DNA of 60,937 nt, taken from positions 1 to 60,937 of the IMG/VR virus record IMGVR_UViG_3300035670_000217; one strand, given 5' to 3'. Positions 42,777 through 51,589 of the stretch are shown here, piece by piece. The translations under genes and the position numbers were made by a program. The notes beneath the pieces are model-generated. The model worked only from the letters and a program-made list of their open reading frames with translations, had not been told where the DNA came from and made no database searches. How positions within the stretch are numbered: the stretch's first letter is position 1; every line of letters starts with the position of its first letter. Origin of the DNA: a virus (taxonomy: Duplodnaviria; Caudoviricetes).

Positions 42777-43321
42777 TGGTAGACATCTAATCCTTTGGTC
42801 AAGGGGGTCTCGGCGCCCTGGCTGGCGTCCAAGGCCTCGCGCTCCAGGCTCTTGATGTTGAGGGCCAGGCAGCCGTCCTCCCTGGCGATCTGCACCAGGC
42901 TCGATAGGATCGGCGCCCCGTTATCGGCCAGGGCCTCCAGGTCGGCGCGGGTGACGTTGATCGTCAGGCTGTCGCGAGAGCCCTCGGCCATCTGCGCCTC
43001 GAGCCACTGGCGCTCCTCCTTCGGCAAATGGAGGATGTGGAGATCCTCGATGCTGCGCGGAAACGTCTTCTTGCGGGGCTCGTACTTCACGTTGACCAGC
43101 GGATGCCGGACCACCTCCCCTTGGCTGTTCGTCCCCATCCAACCCTTGAGCATGACGACGCGCGGCTTCATGCCATGCCTGGCCATCATCTCCTCGACGA
43201 GCGTGGCAGCCTCCTGTCCGGCGGCCTCGCTGTGACGATCGGCGTCGACGGCTTGCGCCAGCTCGACGCGAACAGGGGTTTCGCCCATCCAGGCGACGCA
43301 TACGGCTTTGTAGGTGATCAT
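42773..43321 (-). CDS. hypothetical protein
   Basis: ORF with RBS; codon usage. Confidence 0.65.
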   Translation of the reverse strand: MITYKAVCVAWMGETPVRVELAQAVDADRHSEAAGQEAATLVEEMMARHGMKPRVVMLKGWMGTNSQGEVVRHPLVNVKYEPRKKTFPRSIEDLHILHLPKEERQWLEAQMAEGSRDSLTINVTRADLEALADNGAPILSSLVQIAREDGCLALNIKSLEREALDASQGAETPLTKGLDVYQ

Positions 43322-43330
43322 GATGTTCCC

Positions 43331-43696
43331 TCAGATACGGATGATGTGCGGGTGGCCATTCTCTAACGCTTCCATCGCGAGGTCGCGCGACGAAGGCTCA
43401 AGGTCGCTGGCGTCGCTGGGTCGCGCTAGGTAGAACCACTGCGGCCCCTCTGCGCCATCGTAGTAGTCGTCGATCCACTTCTCGACCGCACGAGGGGTCG
43501 CCGGCAGGGTCTGGCAGCAGTCATCCCAGCGGCCCCCGTCGCAGTCGATGCCTCCATACACGACGACGATCTGGCCATGCTCCTGACGCTCGGCGATCCT
43601 GGCGGCGCGGGCGGCGCGCTCGGCCAGGCGGTCGTCGATGGTGGCGGAGTATTCCTTGCACATCTTGGTGAGTTTGCGGCGCAGACGCGGGTTCAT
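43331..43696 (-). CDS. hypothetical protein
   Basis: GGAGG RBS; ATGA coupling. Confidence 0.65.
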   Translation of the reverse strand: MNPRLRRKLTKMCKEYSATIDDRLAERAARAARIAERQEHGQIVVVYGGIDCDGGRWDDCCQTLPATPRAVEKWIDDYYDGAEGPQWFYLARPSDASDLEPSSRDLAMEALENGHPHIIRI

Positions 43697-44187
43697 GATG
43701 CGACCTCCTCGGTGTTGACGCGGATGACATCGGCCACGGTGATCCAGGTGGATTCATCGCGGATGCTGGCCATCTTGCTGGCGTAGATCCGGCGGCCGTC
43801 GACCTCCAGGGTGGCGTATTGGGTGTAGTAAGGGCCATGGAAGGCCTCGCCGATAAAGAACGTCGTCAGCGGGCCATTGCTGCGGATGCGCAGCGGCGGG
43901 AGGACGTTGAACGCCTGCTCCACCTGCTCCTCGGTGGCGCGCTGCAGCTCTCCCTTGGCCAGGATGTGCTCGCGCTCGAACGCCTCGAACTGGTCCCATG
44001 TCATCGTCACGACGGGCAGGGCGTCGGGCTCGTGAGTGCGATAGTAGCGGTCGGCAGCCTCGACGGCGCGCTTGATGGCGAAGGGGTCGCGCTCTAGGGT
44101 GTCGCCGTCCATTACGGTGTAGGCGCAGCAGTAGCGGGCATTGCTGGCGACGACCAGGCGGGCGTTGTTGTCGGTCAGATTCATCAT
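43693..44187 (-). CDS. hypothetical protein
   Basis: GAGAGGAAG RBS; first gene after a promoter. Confidence 0.65.
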   Translation of the reverse strand: MMNLTDNNARLVVASNARYCCAYTVMDGDTLERDPFAIKRAVEAADRYYRTHEPDALPVVTMTWDQFEAFEREHILAKGELQRATEEQVEQAFNVLPPLRIRSNGPLTTFFIGEAFHGPYYTQYATLEVDGRRIYASKMASIRDESTWITVADVIRVNTEEVAS

Positions 44188-44218
44188 GGCGGCTTCCTCT
44201 CGTTGGTGGCCTGAGTGA

Positions 44219-44247
44219 ACGATAGTGCAATATCTGCACTGTTGCAA
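44219..44247 (-). promoter_or_regulatory. sigma70 promoter with the operator in the spacer
   Basis: TTGCAA-17-TATCGT; ATAGTGCAA-TAT-CTGCACTGT at 44222-44242. Confidence 0.8.
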
Positions 44248-44253
44248 GCGAAG

Positions 44254-44278
44254 AAAAGGGGCTCTCAGTGAGCCCCTT
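44254..44278 (-). terminator. rho-independent terminator
   Basis: GGGGCTC-5 nt-GAGCCCC followed by TTTT on the minus strand. Confidence 0.75.
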
Positions 44279-44282
44279 GTGA

Positions 44283-45098
44283 TTACGAGTAGGTAAAGAT
44301 GCGCTCATTCTCGTCGAGCATCTGCTCCCACCGATCCACCGCGGAGCGGATGTCGCGCACCAGGTCGCGCTCGGTGCCTCCCTTGCTGGTGCCGCGAATC
44401 ACCTTCTTGAACACCTGCTCGCGCGGCCCTCCCCCGATCCCGTAGAAGTCGGACATGCGGTAGGGGTCCAGACGCACCTCGGCGTAGCCGCGTTGGCGGT
44501 CCACCTCGGTCAGGTCGATGCGCAGCACCATGCCGGCGTAGTGGGCGTCGGCGGCGGGCTCCACCATCCACTCCGGGGCGGCGACATCGGCCTTCTCCTC
44601 GAAGGCCTCCTCGATCTCCTCAGGCTCGCCGTGGTCCAGGCTGTCGATCATGGCGTCCTCGCGGGTGATCATGCTGCACGTCCAATCCCAGCCGGCGATC
44701 TCGGTGGAGCCCTGGGTGCGCCCCTCGAACAGCCAGGTGCCGGGGTGCTCGGCAACATCGGCGCCCCAGCCACCATCCTCGAGGGGGTTGGCGTACTCCA
44801 TGGTGCCGAAGATCCACATGCCATCACTGTTCTGCACCAGGATGCGGGCGCCGGCGGGCCAGTCCTCCGGGCGGTTCAGGCGTTCGCGGCGGGCCTGGCT
44901 CCACTCCTCGTGGGTGATGTAGTCGAAGACGGCGAAGCGCAGCACTACCTCGCCGCTACTGTCGGTACAGGACCACTCCACATCCTGGGAGGCGGTCGGG
45001 TGGTCGTCGTCCCGACTGGCGTACAGTGCCTCCTCGAGAGTGGTGGGCCACTGGGAGTGGTGGCGAACGAGGTAATCCAGGACGTCAGTACGGTTCAT
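44283..45098 (-). CDS. multi-domain hypothetical protein (C-terminus DUF3310-related, tentative)
   Basis: DPYR...YGI...EQVFKKVIR...RDI..AV.RW C-terminal motif. Confidence 0.6.
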   Translation of the reverse strand: MNRTDVLDYLVRHHSQWPTTLEEALYASRDDDHPTASQDVEWSCTDSSGEVVLRFAVFDYITHEEWSQARRERLNRPEDWPAGARILVQNSDGMWIFGTMEYANPLEDGGWGADVAEHPGTWLFEGRTQGSTEIAGWDWTCSMITREDAMIDSLDHGEPEEIEEAFEEKADVAAPEWMVEPAADAHYAGMVLRIDLTEVDRQRGYAEVRLDPYRMSDFYGIGGGPREQVFKKVIRGTSKGGTERDLVRDIRSAVDRWEQMLDENERIFTYS

Positions 45099-45333
45099 GT
45101 TGTCTCTCCAGGTATTCGGCCAGCAGCCGATCGCTGTCGGCCTCGGTCAGTTTGCGCTCGAGCCAGGGGGCGGGGCGGCCCCGGCGGTCCAGGATCGTGA
45201 ACTCGAACTCCTCGGGCTCGGGTGGGTCGGCGTCGCCATAGCCGGTGCCTGTGATTGCCATGGGGCGGTAGTCGGAGGCGTAGGTGACGCGGCAAATGGC
45301 AGGTATTCCTCTGATCCGAGTATGAAATTCCAT
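45085..45333 (-). CDS. conserved hypothetical phage protein
   Basis: GIP...V...EFEFTILDRRGRPAPWLERKLT motif. Confidence 0.7.
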   Translation of the reverse strand: MEFHTRIRGIPAICRVTYASDYRPMAITGTGYGDADPPEPEEFEFTILDRRGRPAPWLERKLTEADSDRLLAEYLERQHEPY

Positions 45334-45932
45334 CACGCGCACCTCTCGCGGTGAAACTCGGAAACCAGCATGCCATGATCGATGCAGAACCCATGCTCAG
45401 CCCGAAACTCAAGAGATGCCATCGCGGCCTCATCGATATGCTCGTACCGGCCAAGGAACTTGCACTTCTGACCAATCTTGCATTGCGCTTTCCACATGCC
45501 TCTTGCCTTGTCCCAAACGACACCGGGTATTCCCGTCGTGTTAGTGGAGCTAATCGACAGGTTACGGCTATTCAGGGAGCGAGATGATGCGCGCAAATTC
45601 ACCCACCGGTTGTCCGTTGCATCGCGATTCACATGATCGATCTCCTCGGGAAGAGGATCATTGGTCATCCAAATCCATGCCAGCTCATGTTCAGAGAAAG
45701 TTTTGCCATGGATTTTGATCTGACGGAATTGGTAGCCAAACCGGTTAGTCGATGTCGTTCCTGCCCGTTTCCCGAAAATCTTTAAATTGGTCGACTTCCA
45801 TATTCTTTCGCTCGTAAACCACCTCCTCCCACGCTCTTTCCATGTGAAGATGCCGGTATCAGGGTTGTAATCCAGGAGCTCTCGAACGGTTGCTTGACTG
45901 ATCCGAGGCATCCTTCTTGTCTTAGGTGTCAT
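45333..45932 (-). CDS. HNH homing endonuclease with AP2-like C-terminus
   Basis: LLDYNPDTGIFTW, IDHVNRDATDNRWVNLR, NTTG.PGV.W; lower GC than flanks. Confidence 0.88.
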   Translation of the reverse strand: MTPKTRRMPRISQATVRELLDYNPDTGIFTWKERGRRWFTSERIWKSTNLKIFGKRAGTTSTNRFGYQFRQIKIHGKTFSEHELAWIWMTNDPLPEEIDHVNRDATDNRWVNLRASSRSLNSRNLSISSTNTTGIPGVVWDKARGMWKAQCKIGQKCKFLGRYEHIDEAAMASLEFRAEHGFCIDHGMLVSEFHRERCA

Positions 45933-46000
45933 GCTGCTACCTCCTGCTTGCGGCTGGCGGGTGTGGGCCGGCACGGGGCGGACGGGACGGTCGTCGTTCA

Positions 46001-46543
46001 TCATGATGCCCCCTTCATGGCGACGTACTCGGCCACGGTGTCGCGGTTGTTGGCGTTCCAGTCGCTGAAGCCGTCCGGGAAGCGGGCGGCGAGCTTGGCG
46101 ATATTCAGCTCCTGGACGCGCTCCAGGGTGTGACCCTCGATCTCGGCGGCCCGGGCGGCGAGCGCCACCAGGCTGACCAGCAGGCCGGCGGTGCCCTCGC
46201 CGGGATCCTTGCCGTAGACCAGCCACTTCTTGGCGCGTCCGGCGATGATCGACGCCAGGCGCAGGGCGCGCTCGGCGCAGGCTAAGGTGGTCGGCGCCAG
46301 CGTCGCCCCGCCATCGGCCACGGCGGCGGCGTACTCCTCGAACGGGTCCGTCCCAAGGGTCTCGCCGGCCAGGGCGATGAACCAGCACAGGTCGCCGATC
46401 TCCTCGATGGCGTGCAGCGAGCCGTTGGTCAGCAGCAGCTCGTAGGACTCGTCGACCAGGCCAAGGGCGGCGTGGGCGAAGTTCATCGCCGGCGTGGGCA
46501 TCGCCTTGGCGGTGCGCATGGCCAGCATGATGTAGTCGCTCAT
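46001..46543 (-). CDS. MazG-like nucleotide pyrophosphohydrolase
   Basis: HAALGL.DE..E, EEIGDLCWF, NIAKL.ARFPDGF motifs. Confidence 0.82.
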   Translation of the reverse strand: MSDYIMLAMRTAKAMPTPAMNFAHAALGLVDESYELLLTNGSLHAIEEIGDLCWFIALAGETLGTDPFEEYAAAVADGGATLAPTTLACAERALRLASIIAGRAKKWLVYGKDPGEGTAGLLVSLVALAARAAEIEGHTLERVQELNIAKLAARFPDGFSDWNANNRDTVAEYVAMKGAS

Positions 46544-46737
46544 GGGGTCTTCCTCGCGTGAACGTGGCGATGGGAGGCGAGCGCCATATTGACGACCTTG
46601 GCCTCCGAGGGTCGAATGGCGAACTCGCCGGACAGCCGATAGAACAGCCCGCGGCGGCTGATACCGATCATCTCGGCCATCTCCTCGGGCTTCATCTTCA
46701 GCTCGGCCATAGCGTCGCGCAGCTCGTCCTTTGTCAT
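46540..46737 (-). CDS. small XRE/Cro-like HTH protein
   Basis: ELR.AM..L.M...EMAEMIGISRR...Y..SGE..I. Confidence 0.7.
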   Translation of the reverse strand: MTKDELRDAMAELKMKPEEMAEMIGISRRGLFYRLSGEFAIRPSEAKVVNMALASHRHVHARKTP

Positions 46738-46778
46738 GTTGGATCTCCGTGGTGGGCGCGACGGGCGCGCCCGATGGA

Positions 46779-47099
46779 TTACTCGGCGGGTGCCTCGAGG
46801 CTGAGTAGGCTGCTGATCCTCTCCTGCATGATCGCCACACGCCTGGCGGACTCGGCGCGCTCGCGCTCGATGGCGGCCTTGAGGCCATCAATCTGGGCAT
46901 TGACCAGCACTTCCTCGCTGGGGACTCTCACCTCGATGTCGCGCGCTTCCAGGTAGATGCGCACGTCGCCAGATTCCGTCGTCTCCACCTCGGGCTCGTC
47001 GTCGGGGCGGTAGTTGCGCGTGGCGATATGGTACTCGCCGCTCCAGGAATACTTGACCAGGTAGATGTGCAGCGTGGTCTTCAGGGTGCGGTTGCTCAT
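46779..47099 (-). CDS. hypothetical protein
   Basis: GAGGAAG RBS; C-terminal coiled coil. Confidence 0.65.
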   Translation of the reverse strand: MSNRTLKTTLHIYLVKYSWSGEYHIATRNYRPDDEPEVETTESGDVRIYLEARDIEVRVPSEEVLVNAQIDGLKAAIERERAESARRVAIMQERISSLLSLEAPAE

Positions 47100-47148
47100 G
47101 TCGGTCTTCCTCATGGTAGATGGGCGCCGTCTCGGGTGGCGCCATTAC

Positions 47149-47180
47149 ACCTTAGCGCATACGTGCAGACTTTGCACTAT
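47149..47180 (-). promoter_or_regulatory. third operator copy with a promoter candidate
   Basis: TACGTGCAG-ACT-TTGCACTAT at 47160-47180; GTGCAA-17-TAAGGT. Confidence 0.65.
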
Positions 47181-47189
47181 CCATGGCGC

Positions 47190-47226
47190 AAAAAAATTAC
47201 CCCCTTACGTGCGCAAAGGGGTATTT
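47190..47226 (-). terminator. rho-independent terminator after dnaB
   Basis: TACCCCTT...AAGGGGTA stem followed by a T-tract on the minus strand. Confidence 0.65.
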
Positions 47227-47236
47227 CCCAGGCTAT

Positions 47237-49639
47237 CTAGCCCCAGCGATCATCGGCATCCGGCGGCGGCTGGGCGTCGAGATAGCGACCGGCGGCGAGA
47301 GCTGCAAACTTTGCATGAGACAAGTTGGCGGCGACGCGGACGGTGGTGACGCTGCCCTCGCGGTTCTTGGCCACGCCGATCTCGGCAATGCCCTTGTCGG
47401 CGGTGTCCGGGTCGTACACCTCGTCGCGGTACAGGAACAGGATCACGTCGGCTTCCTGCTCGATGACGCTCGACTCCTTGAGGTCGGACATCATCGGGCG
47501 CTTGTTGGGTCGCTGCTCCAGGGCGCGGTTGAGCTGGGATAGCAGCACCACGGGGCAGTCGAACTCTTTCCCGACCGCGTTGAGCCCCTCGACGATCTCG
47601 CCGATCGCGCGGTCGTGACGAGCCCCATAGTCGCCCTCGGCGCGCATCTTCTGCAGGTAGTCGATCATCACCAGGCCGACGTGGCCATGCCGGTCGTGGA
47701 TCTCCTTCACTCGGGCGCGGACGTGGCTGACGGTCTGTGCCGGGCGGTCGTCGATGTAGAGCGGCGCATCCTTCAGCAGGTTCACGGCGTGGGTCAGGCG
47801 CGGCCAGTGCTCGTCCCGCATGTGGCCGGCGGGGTCTTTGATCGCCTGGATGGGGAGGTTGCCGACGTTCGCCAGTAGGCGCTCCAGGATCGCATCCTTG
47901 GGCATCTCCAGGCTGCCCATATATACCGGCGTGGGGATCGGCTTGAAGTCAGGGCCGATCCGCGACACCGCGGCCCCGGCGATCGTCACCAGGAACGAGG
48001 TGTTGTGGGTGACGATGAAGTCGTCCGTCACATACAGGTGATCAGGATGCGAGACGGCGATGCACTGCGCCTCCTCATCGCCGACATACTCCACGCTGGC
48101 GACATTGAGCCGCTTCTGCCGACCCTTCTTGTTCTCGATAACGCGGCGCGCCTTGCGCTCGAGGGTGATGGCGCCCCGGTAGCAAGGCAGGCAGATCGAG
48201 CAGGTGTAGTGCTCCCTGCCGTCGACCTTGTCACCCTCCGCGTTGCGGTAGCGCGGCGTCTTGGTGGCGATATTGCAGACGCCACCCAGCGACCTGACGA
48301 GATAGCGGACATCCTCGGCCAGCCCAGGGCTCGACGTGGAGTAGAGCACCGCACCGAACGTCTCCACCCATCCATCGTTGTCGATCAATCCCGCCAGCAG
48401 CGCCAGCCGATCCTGCCGCGACGCCTCCAGATAGGAGGTCGGGATTCGCTTCTCGAACGAGAGGCTGCCCCATAGGCCGATCTCCTTGAGCTTCTCGGCC
48501 AGGCGATTCTTGCCTGCCGTGCTGGGCAGGCTGTAAGTGCTCCGACCATCAAAGGTGGCGGATACCGCACCGCCCATGAGATCCAGCAGCTTGTCGACGT
48601 TCTCGCGGTCACCGGTGCTGATCCGCGGCGTGCTAGCGGTGGTGTTGCCGTTGGCGATCATCGCACCCACCACCCACGGCGGCAGAGGTAGGTCTTCGTC
48701 GCTGCCATGATCCCCCTGGTAGGCGTCGACCCACAACCGGTTCCGGTAGCGGGCCTTGCCCAGCATCTCGATCAGCTTCTCGGTCGACACCACACGAGGG
48801 GTCTGCCAGTCGCGGTAGTTGACTCGCCACAGGTGCTCGCCACAGGCCCGCGTGGAGCGCCCGTCAGAGAGCGTGACGCGGTAGATGGCCTTGCGCCCCT
48901 GCGGATAAACCCCGGTGACGAAAGAAGGCTTGCCATCCACGGACGCGAGTTCATCCCCTACCCGGACATCGCCCATGCGCACCCATCCGTGGCGCGCCAG
49001 CACCCTGGCATCCAGCGGCTGGGCTTTGCCCATGCTCGGGCGGGCGCCCACCACGGTCAGGCCACGGCGCAGCCCCATGATGGCCCGATCCAGGTCGCCG
49101 ATGCCGGTGGTCAGCCCCATCGCCTGCTCCTCGCCGTTGAAGCGGCGATCCAGGCGGTCGATCACCGGACCGAGGCTGGCGCCGGCGATCTCGAGGGTAT
49201 TGGCGCCGGCGCGCAGGCAGGCGTCGATCTTCGCCTTGCTGGTGCTCACCACCTCGTGCAGTGGGGTCTCCCGGCTGCGAGCCAGCTCTTCCAGCTCGAG
49301 GACGGTCTCAGCGATCGCGCGTCGCTGGGCCAGGTCAGCCACGACGTTGGCGTAGGTCATGGCGTGGTCGGCGTTCGGCACGGTGCGCGCGTAGTCGGCC
49401 AGGGCGGCGAGCCCGCCCACCTCCTCCAGCACCCCGGCGTGCTCCAGGCTCTCGGAGACGGTCACGATGTCCGCGGCCTGATCGCGACGAACGAGGGTCA
49501 CGATCGCGCTCCACACTGCGCGGTGGCTGGTGATCGCGAAATCCTCGGGGCGCACCACGGCGGCCACGTCGGGGACCACGGCGTTGTTGAGCATCACCGA
49601 GCCGATCAGCGCGGTCTCGGCGTCATGGCTGTAAAGCAT
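47237..49639 (-). CDS. dnaB: replicative DNA helicase DnaB (intein-containing)
   Basis: AE.ALIGSV, GARPSMGK/T, SLEMP, IDYLQ, LSQLNR.LEQR.NKRP..SDL.ES..IEQ.AD, KNREG motifs. Confidence 0.93.
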   Translation of the reverse strand: MLYSHDAETALIGSVMLNNAVVPDVAAVVRPEDFAITSHRAVWSAIVTLVRRDQAADIVTVSESLEHAGVLEEVGGLAALADYARTVPNADHAMTYANVVADLAQRRAIAETVLELEELARSRETPLHEVVSTSKAKIDACLRAGANTLEIAGASLGPVIDRLDRRFNGEEQAMGLTTGIGDLDRAIMGLRRGLTVVGARPSMGKAQPLDARVLARHGWVRMGDVRVGDELASVDGKPSFVTGVYPQGRKAIYRVTLSDGRSTRACGEHLWRVNYRDWQTPRVVSTEKLIEMLGKARYRNRLWVDAYQGDHGSDEDLPLPPWVVGAMIANGNTTASTPRISTGDRENVDKLLDLMGGAVSATFDGRSTYSLPSTAGKNRLAEKLKEIGLWGSLSFEKRIPTSYLEASRQDRLALLAGLIDNDGWVETFGAVLYSTSSPGLAEDVRYLVRSLGGVCNIATKTPRYRNAEGDKVDGREHYTCSICLPCYRGAITLERKARRVIENKKGRQKRLNVASVEYVGDEEAQCIAVSHPDHLYVTDDFIVTHNTSFLVTIAGAAVSRIGPDFKPIPTPVYMGSLEMPKDAILERLLANVGNLPIQAIKDPAGHMRDEHWPRLTHAVNLLKDAPLYIDDRPAQTVSHVRARVKEIHDRHGHVGLVMIDYLQKMRAEGDYGARHDRAIGEIVEGLNAVGKEFDCPVVLLSQLNRALEQRPNKRPMMSDLKESSVIEQEADVILFLYRDEVYDPDTADKGIAEIGVAKNREGSVTTVRVAANLSHAKFAALAAGRYLDAQPPPDADDRWG
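48002..49024 (-). mobile_element. Ala1 (class 3-type) intein, 341 aa, with LAGLIDADG endonuclease, in the DnaB P-loop
   Basis: Starts AQPLDA; EHLW, AQCI, IVTHN followed by Thr; GAMIANG and LAGLIDNDG motifs. Confidence 0.92.
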
Positions 49640-50403
49640 CAGGCACGTCCTCTGTGGCTATCCCAATCGAAGGTGACGGCGCGCGCGGTGTCGCGCAGAC
49701 GGTCCCATCCGCGGCTGTCGAACCACGTCTTGAGCTGGGAGAGCGTCAAGTTGGTCACCAGGACGGTGGCAGTCATGTCGTCGTAGCGCCGGCTCAGGAT
49801 CTGCGACAGGAAGGCCACGTCATGCTCGGTTCCGCTGCCCTCGCCGATCTCGTCGATCACCAGCAGGGCAGGGGCGACCAGCTCCTCCAGGATGTCGCGT
49901 TCCGTCTCCTCCCGGGTGGTGTACATGGCGCGCACGCGGCGGAACAGGTTGGCGGCGATCACATAGCGGGCCGGCAGCAAGCGCTCGCGGGTGACGTGGT
50001 GAACCAGGGCGCAGGCCAGGTGGGTCTTGCCGGTGCCAGTAGTGCCCTGCAGCAGCAGCCCATCGCCCTTCAGCAGGCCATCGCCGGTGGCGTAGTCCCA
50101 CACGCGCATGAAGGCCACGCCAGCCGGATCGCCAGGGGTCGCATCGTAGCTGTCAAAAACGCTCTGTGCGTGGCGACGAGGGATACCCGCTACCCTGGCC
50201 AGGGCCTCCCCGCTATCGCGGCTCCTGGCGGCCTCCTCGTCGGCGAGAGCGGCATTGTCCATGGCCATCACAGCCTCGCGGGCGCAGACGGGGCAGCCTG
50301 TCCACTTCGGTTCGCCAAGGGTGATCAGGATCGCCTCGTAGTCGCCGTGGGTGGCGCAGTGCTCCGGGCGGGTCTGCACCACGCCCATGCCTCTGGTCAT
50401 CAT
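49639..50403 (-). CDS. DnaC/IstB-like helicase loader ATPase
   Basis: C..HG, CPVC, GTTGTGKTHLA, LLVIDEIG, RY....T...TN motifs. Confidence 0.9.
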   Translation of the reverse strand: MMTRGMGVVQTRPEHCATHGDYEAILITLGEPKWTGCPVCAREAVMAMDNAALADEEAARSRDSGEALARVAGIPRRHAQSVFDSYDATPGDPAGVAFMRVWDYATGDGLLKGDGLLLQGTTGTGKTHLACALVHHVTRERLLPARYVIAANLFRRVRAMYTTREETERDILEELVAPALLVIDEIGEGSGTEHDVAFLSQILSRRYDDMTATVLVTNLTLSQLKTWFDSRGWDRLRDTARAVTFDWDSHRGRA

Positions 50404-51155
50404 CCGCGCGTCCTCCTCGGCTCAGGGGCTATGCGCCCGTCGCCAATCATCATCGGGTCGCCCTTGTGGTCCAGGCTGTTCAGGTCGTGCATCGGTCTGG
50501 CGGCTCGGGCAGGGGCCTGCTTGGCGAACTTGCTCGCGTTCCCGAGCCAGGTGTGCAGCGCACGCCCCCAGTCGACAAACATGCTCCCCTTGGCCAGATG
50601 GTAGTTGGTGAACTGCTCAAGCTCGTGGTCCAGGTCCAGGCCAAGCCGGTTCGCCTTCTCGCGGTGGGAGTCCTCTGGGGCGAAGTCGTCAGGCATGGCG
50701 TGCGAGCGCTTCTTCGCCTTCTTCGTCGCGGGCTCGCCGTCAGGCGGCAAAAGGGGTTGGTTATCTTCCTGGTTATCTTCCTGGTTATTACTTCCTGGTT
50801 TGTAGCTCACTGTGACCCCACCCCCCGGCTCACTGTGACCCCACCCTGGGTTCACTGTGACCCCACCCCCAGCTCCCTGTGACCCCACCTCTGTCAGATT
50901 GAGTCGGTACTGGTTCGGGAGGCTGACATCACCATTCTTCCTGCAGATGATCTCCAGGAAGCCGGCCTCCTCGAGCTTCTTGATGCACCGCTTGAGCGTG
51001 GCAATGCTCATGCCGCAGTCCCTGGCCAGGCGCTTGTGGCTGGGATCGCAGCGTCCGGTGTCGTGGTTGGTGCGGTTGGCGAGCATCATCAGGACCATCT
51101 TCTGGTTGCAGGGGAGATCCTGCTCGCAGGCCCATGTCATTGCCTGGAAACTCAT
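50400..51155 (-). CDS. replication initiator (lambda-O-like, N-terminal winged HTH)
   Basis: MSF.AM.WA, K.VL..LAN, C.PS..RLA..CGMS; internal iterons; upstream of dnaC and dnaB. Confidence 0.85.
   Translation of the reverse strand: MSFQAMTWACEQDLPCNQKMVLMMLANRTNHDTGRCDPSHKRLARDCGMSIATLKRCIKKLEEAGFLEIICRKNGDVSLPNQYRLNLTEVGSQGAGGGVTVNPGWGHSEPGGGVTVSYKPGSNNQEDNQEDNQPLLPPDGEPATKKAKKRSHAMPDDFAPEDSHREKANRLGLDLDHELEQFTNYHLAKGSMFVDWGRALHTWLGNASKFAKQAPARAARPMHDLNSLDHKGDPMMIGDGRIAPEPRRTRG
50757..50891. repeat. putative replication origin: four iterons plus AT-richer 12-bp repeats
   Basis: TC(A/C)CTGTGACCCCACC at 50807, 50830, 50852 and 50874; GGTTATCTTCCT repeats in 50759-50800. Confidence 0.85.
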
Positions 51156-51589
51156 GACACCACCCCCATAACACTCTTGGCCATGGAGATGCTCTTGAGA
51201 TAACCGGGGTCATGGAGAGACTCCTCGAACCAAAGGGGCCGAAACGGGCTTATAAAGCCTGGCGACAGGGCCTCCTCAACCATGTCCGTCAAGCTCTCCG
51301 ACTCGATCCCATAACCCCTGATCCATGTAACTATCTCAGCCAGAGGGGCGCGGAAGAACTCGCGGCGGTCGCTGACTCGTCTGTCAGCAAACGCCTGGTG
51401 CAGGCTGCTCTCAAGCTCCGCAGGGGAGTCAACCTCTGCGTAGTAGGCAACCTCGAAACTCTCAGGAACGCCGGTCGCCGAGGAAAGCTCCTCAGCCCTC
51501 TGGCGGGGAGAGCGAAGCGTCATGCCGATCTTGTAAATCCCGGGCATGCAGGGGTTGATCATCACATAGACGAATCCGTAGGTGAGCAT
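51152..51589 (-). CDS. T5orf172 / GIY-YIG family nuclease
   Basis: GFVYVM.N..MPGIYKIGMT...R..EL..ATGVP..F, REFF motifs. Confidence 0.85.
   Translation of the reverse strand: MLTYGFVYVMINPCMPGIYKIGMTLRSPRQRAEELSSATGVPESFEVAYYAEVDSPAELESSLHQAFADRRVSDRREFFRAPLAEIVTWIRGYGIESESLTDMVEEALSPGFISPFRPLWFEESLHDPGYLKSISMAKSVMGVVS

Noticed and set aside
50807-50891. CRISPR-like repeat array
   Set aside because: Spacers are only 5-6 bp, the array is inside a coding gene, and no cas genes are present; iterons fit better.
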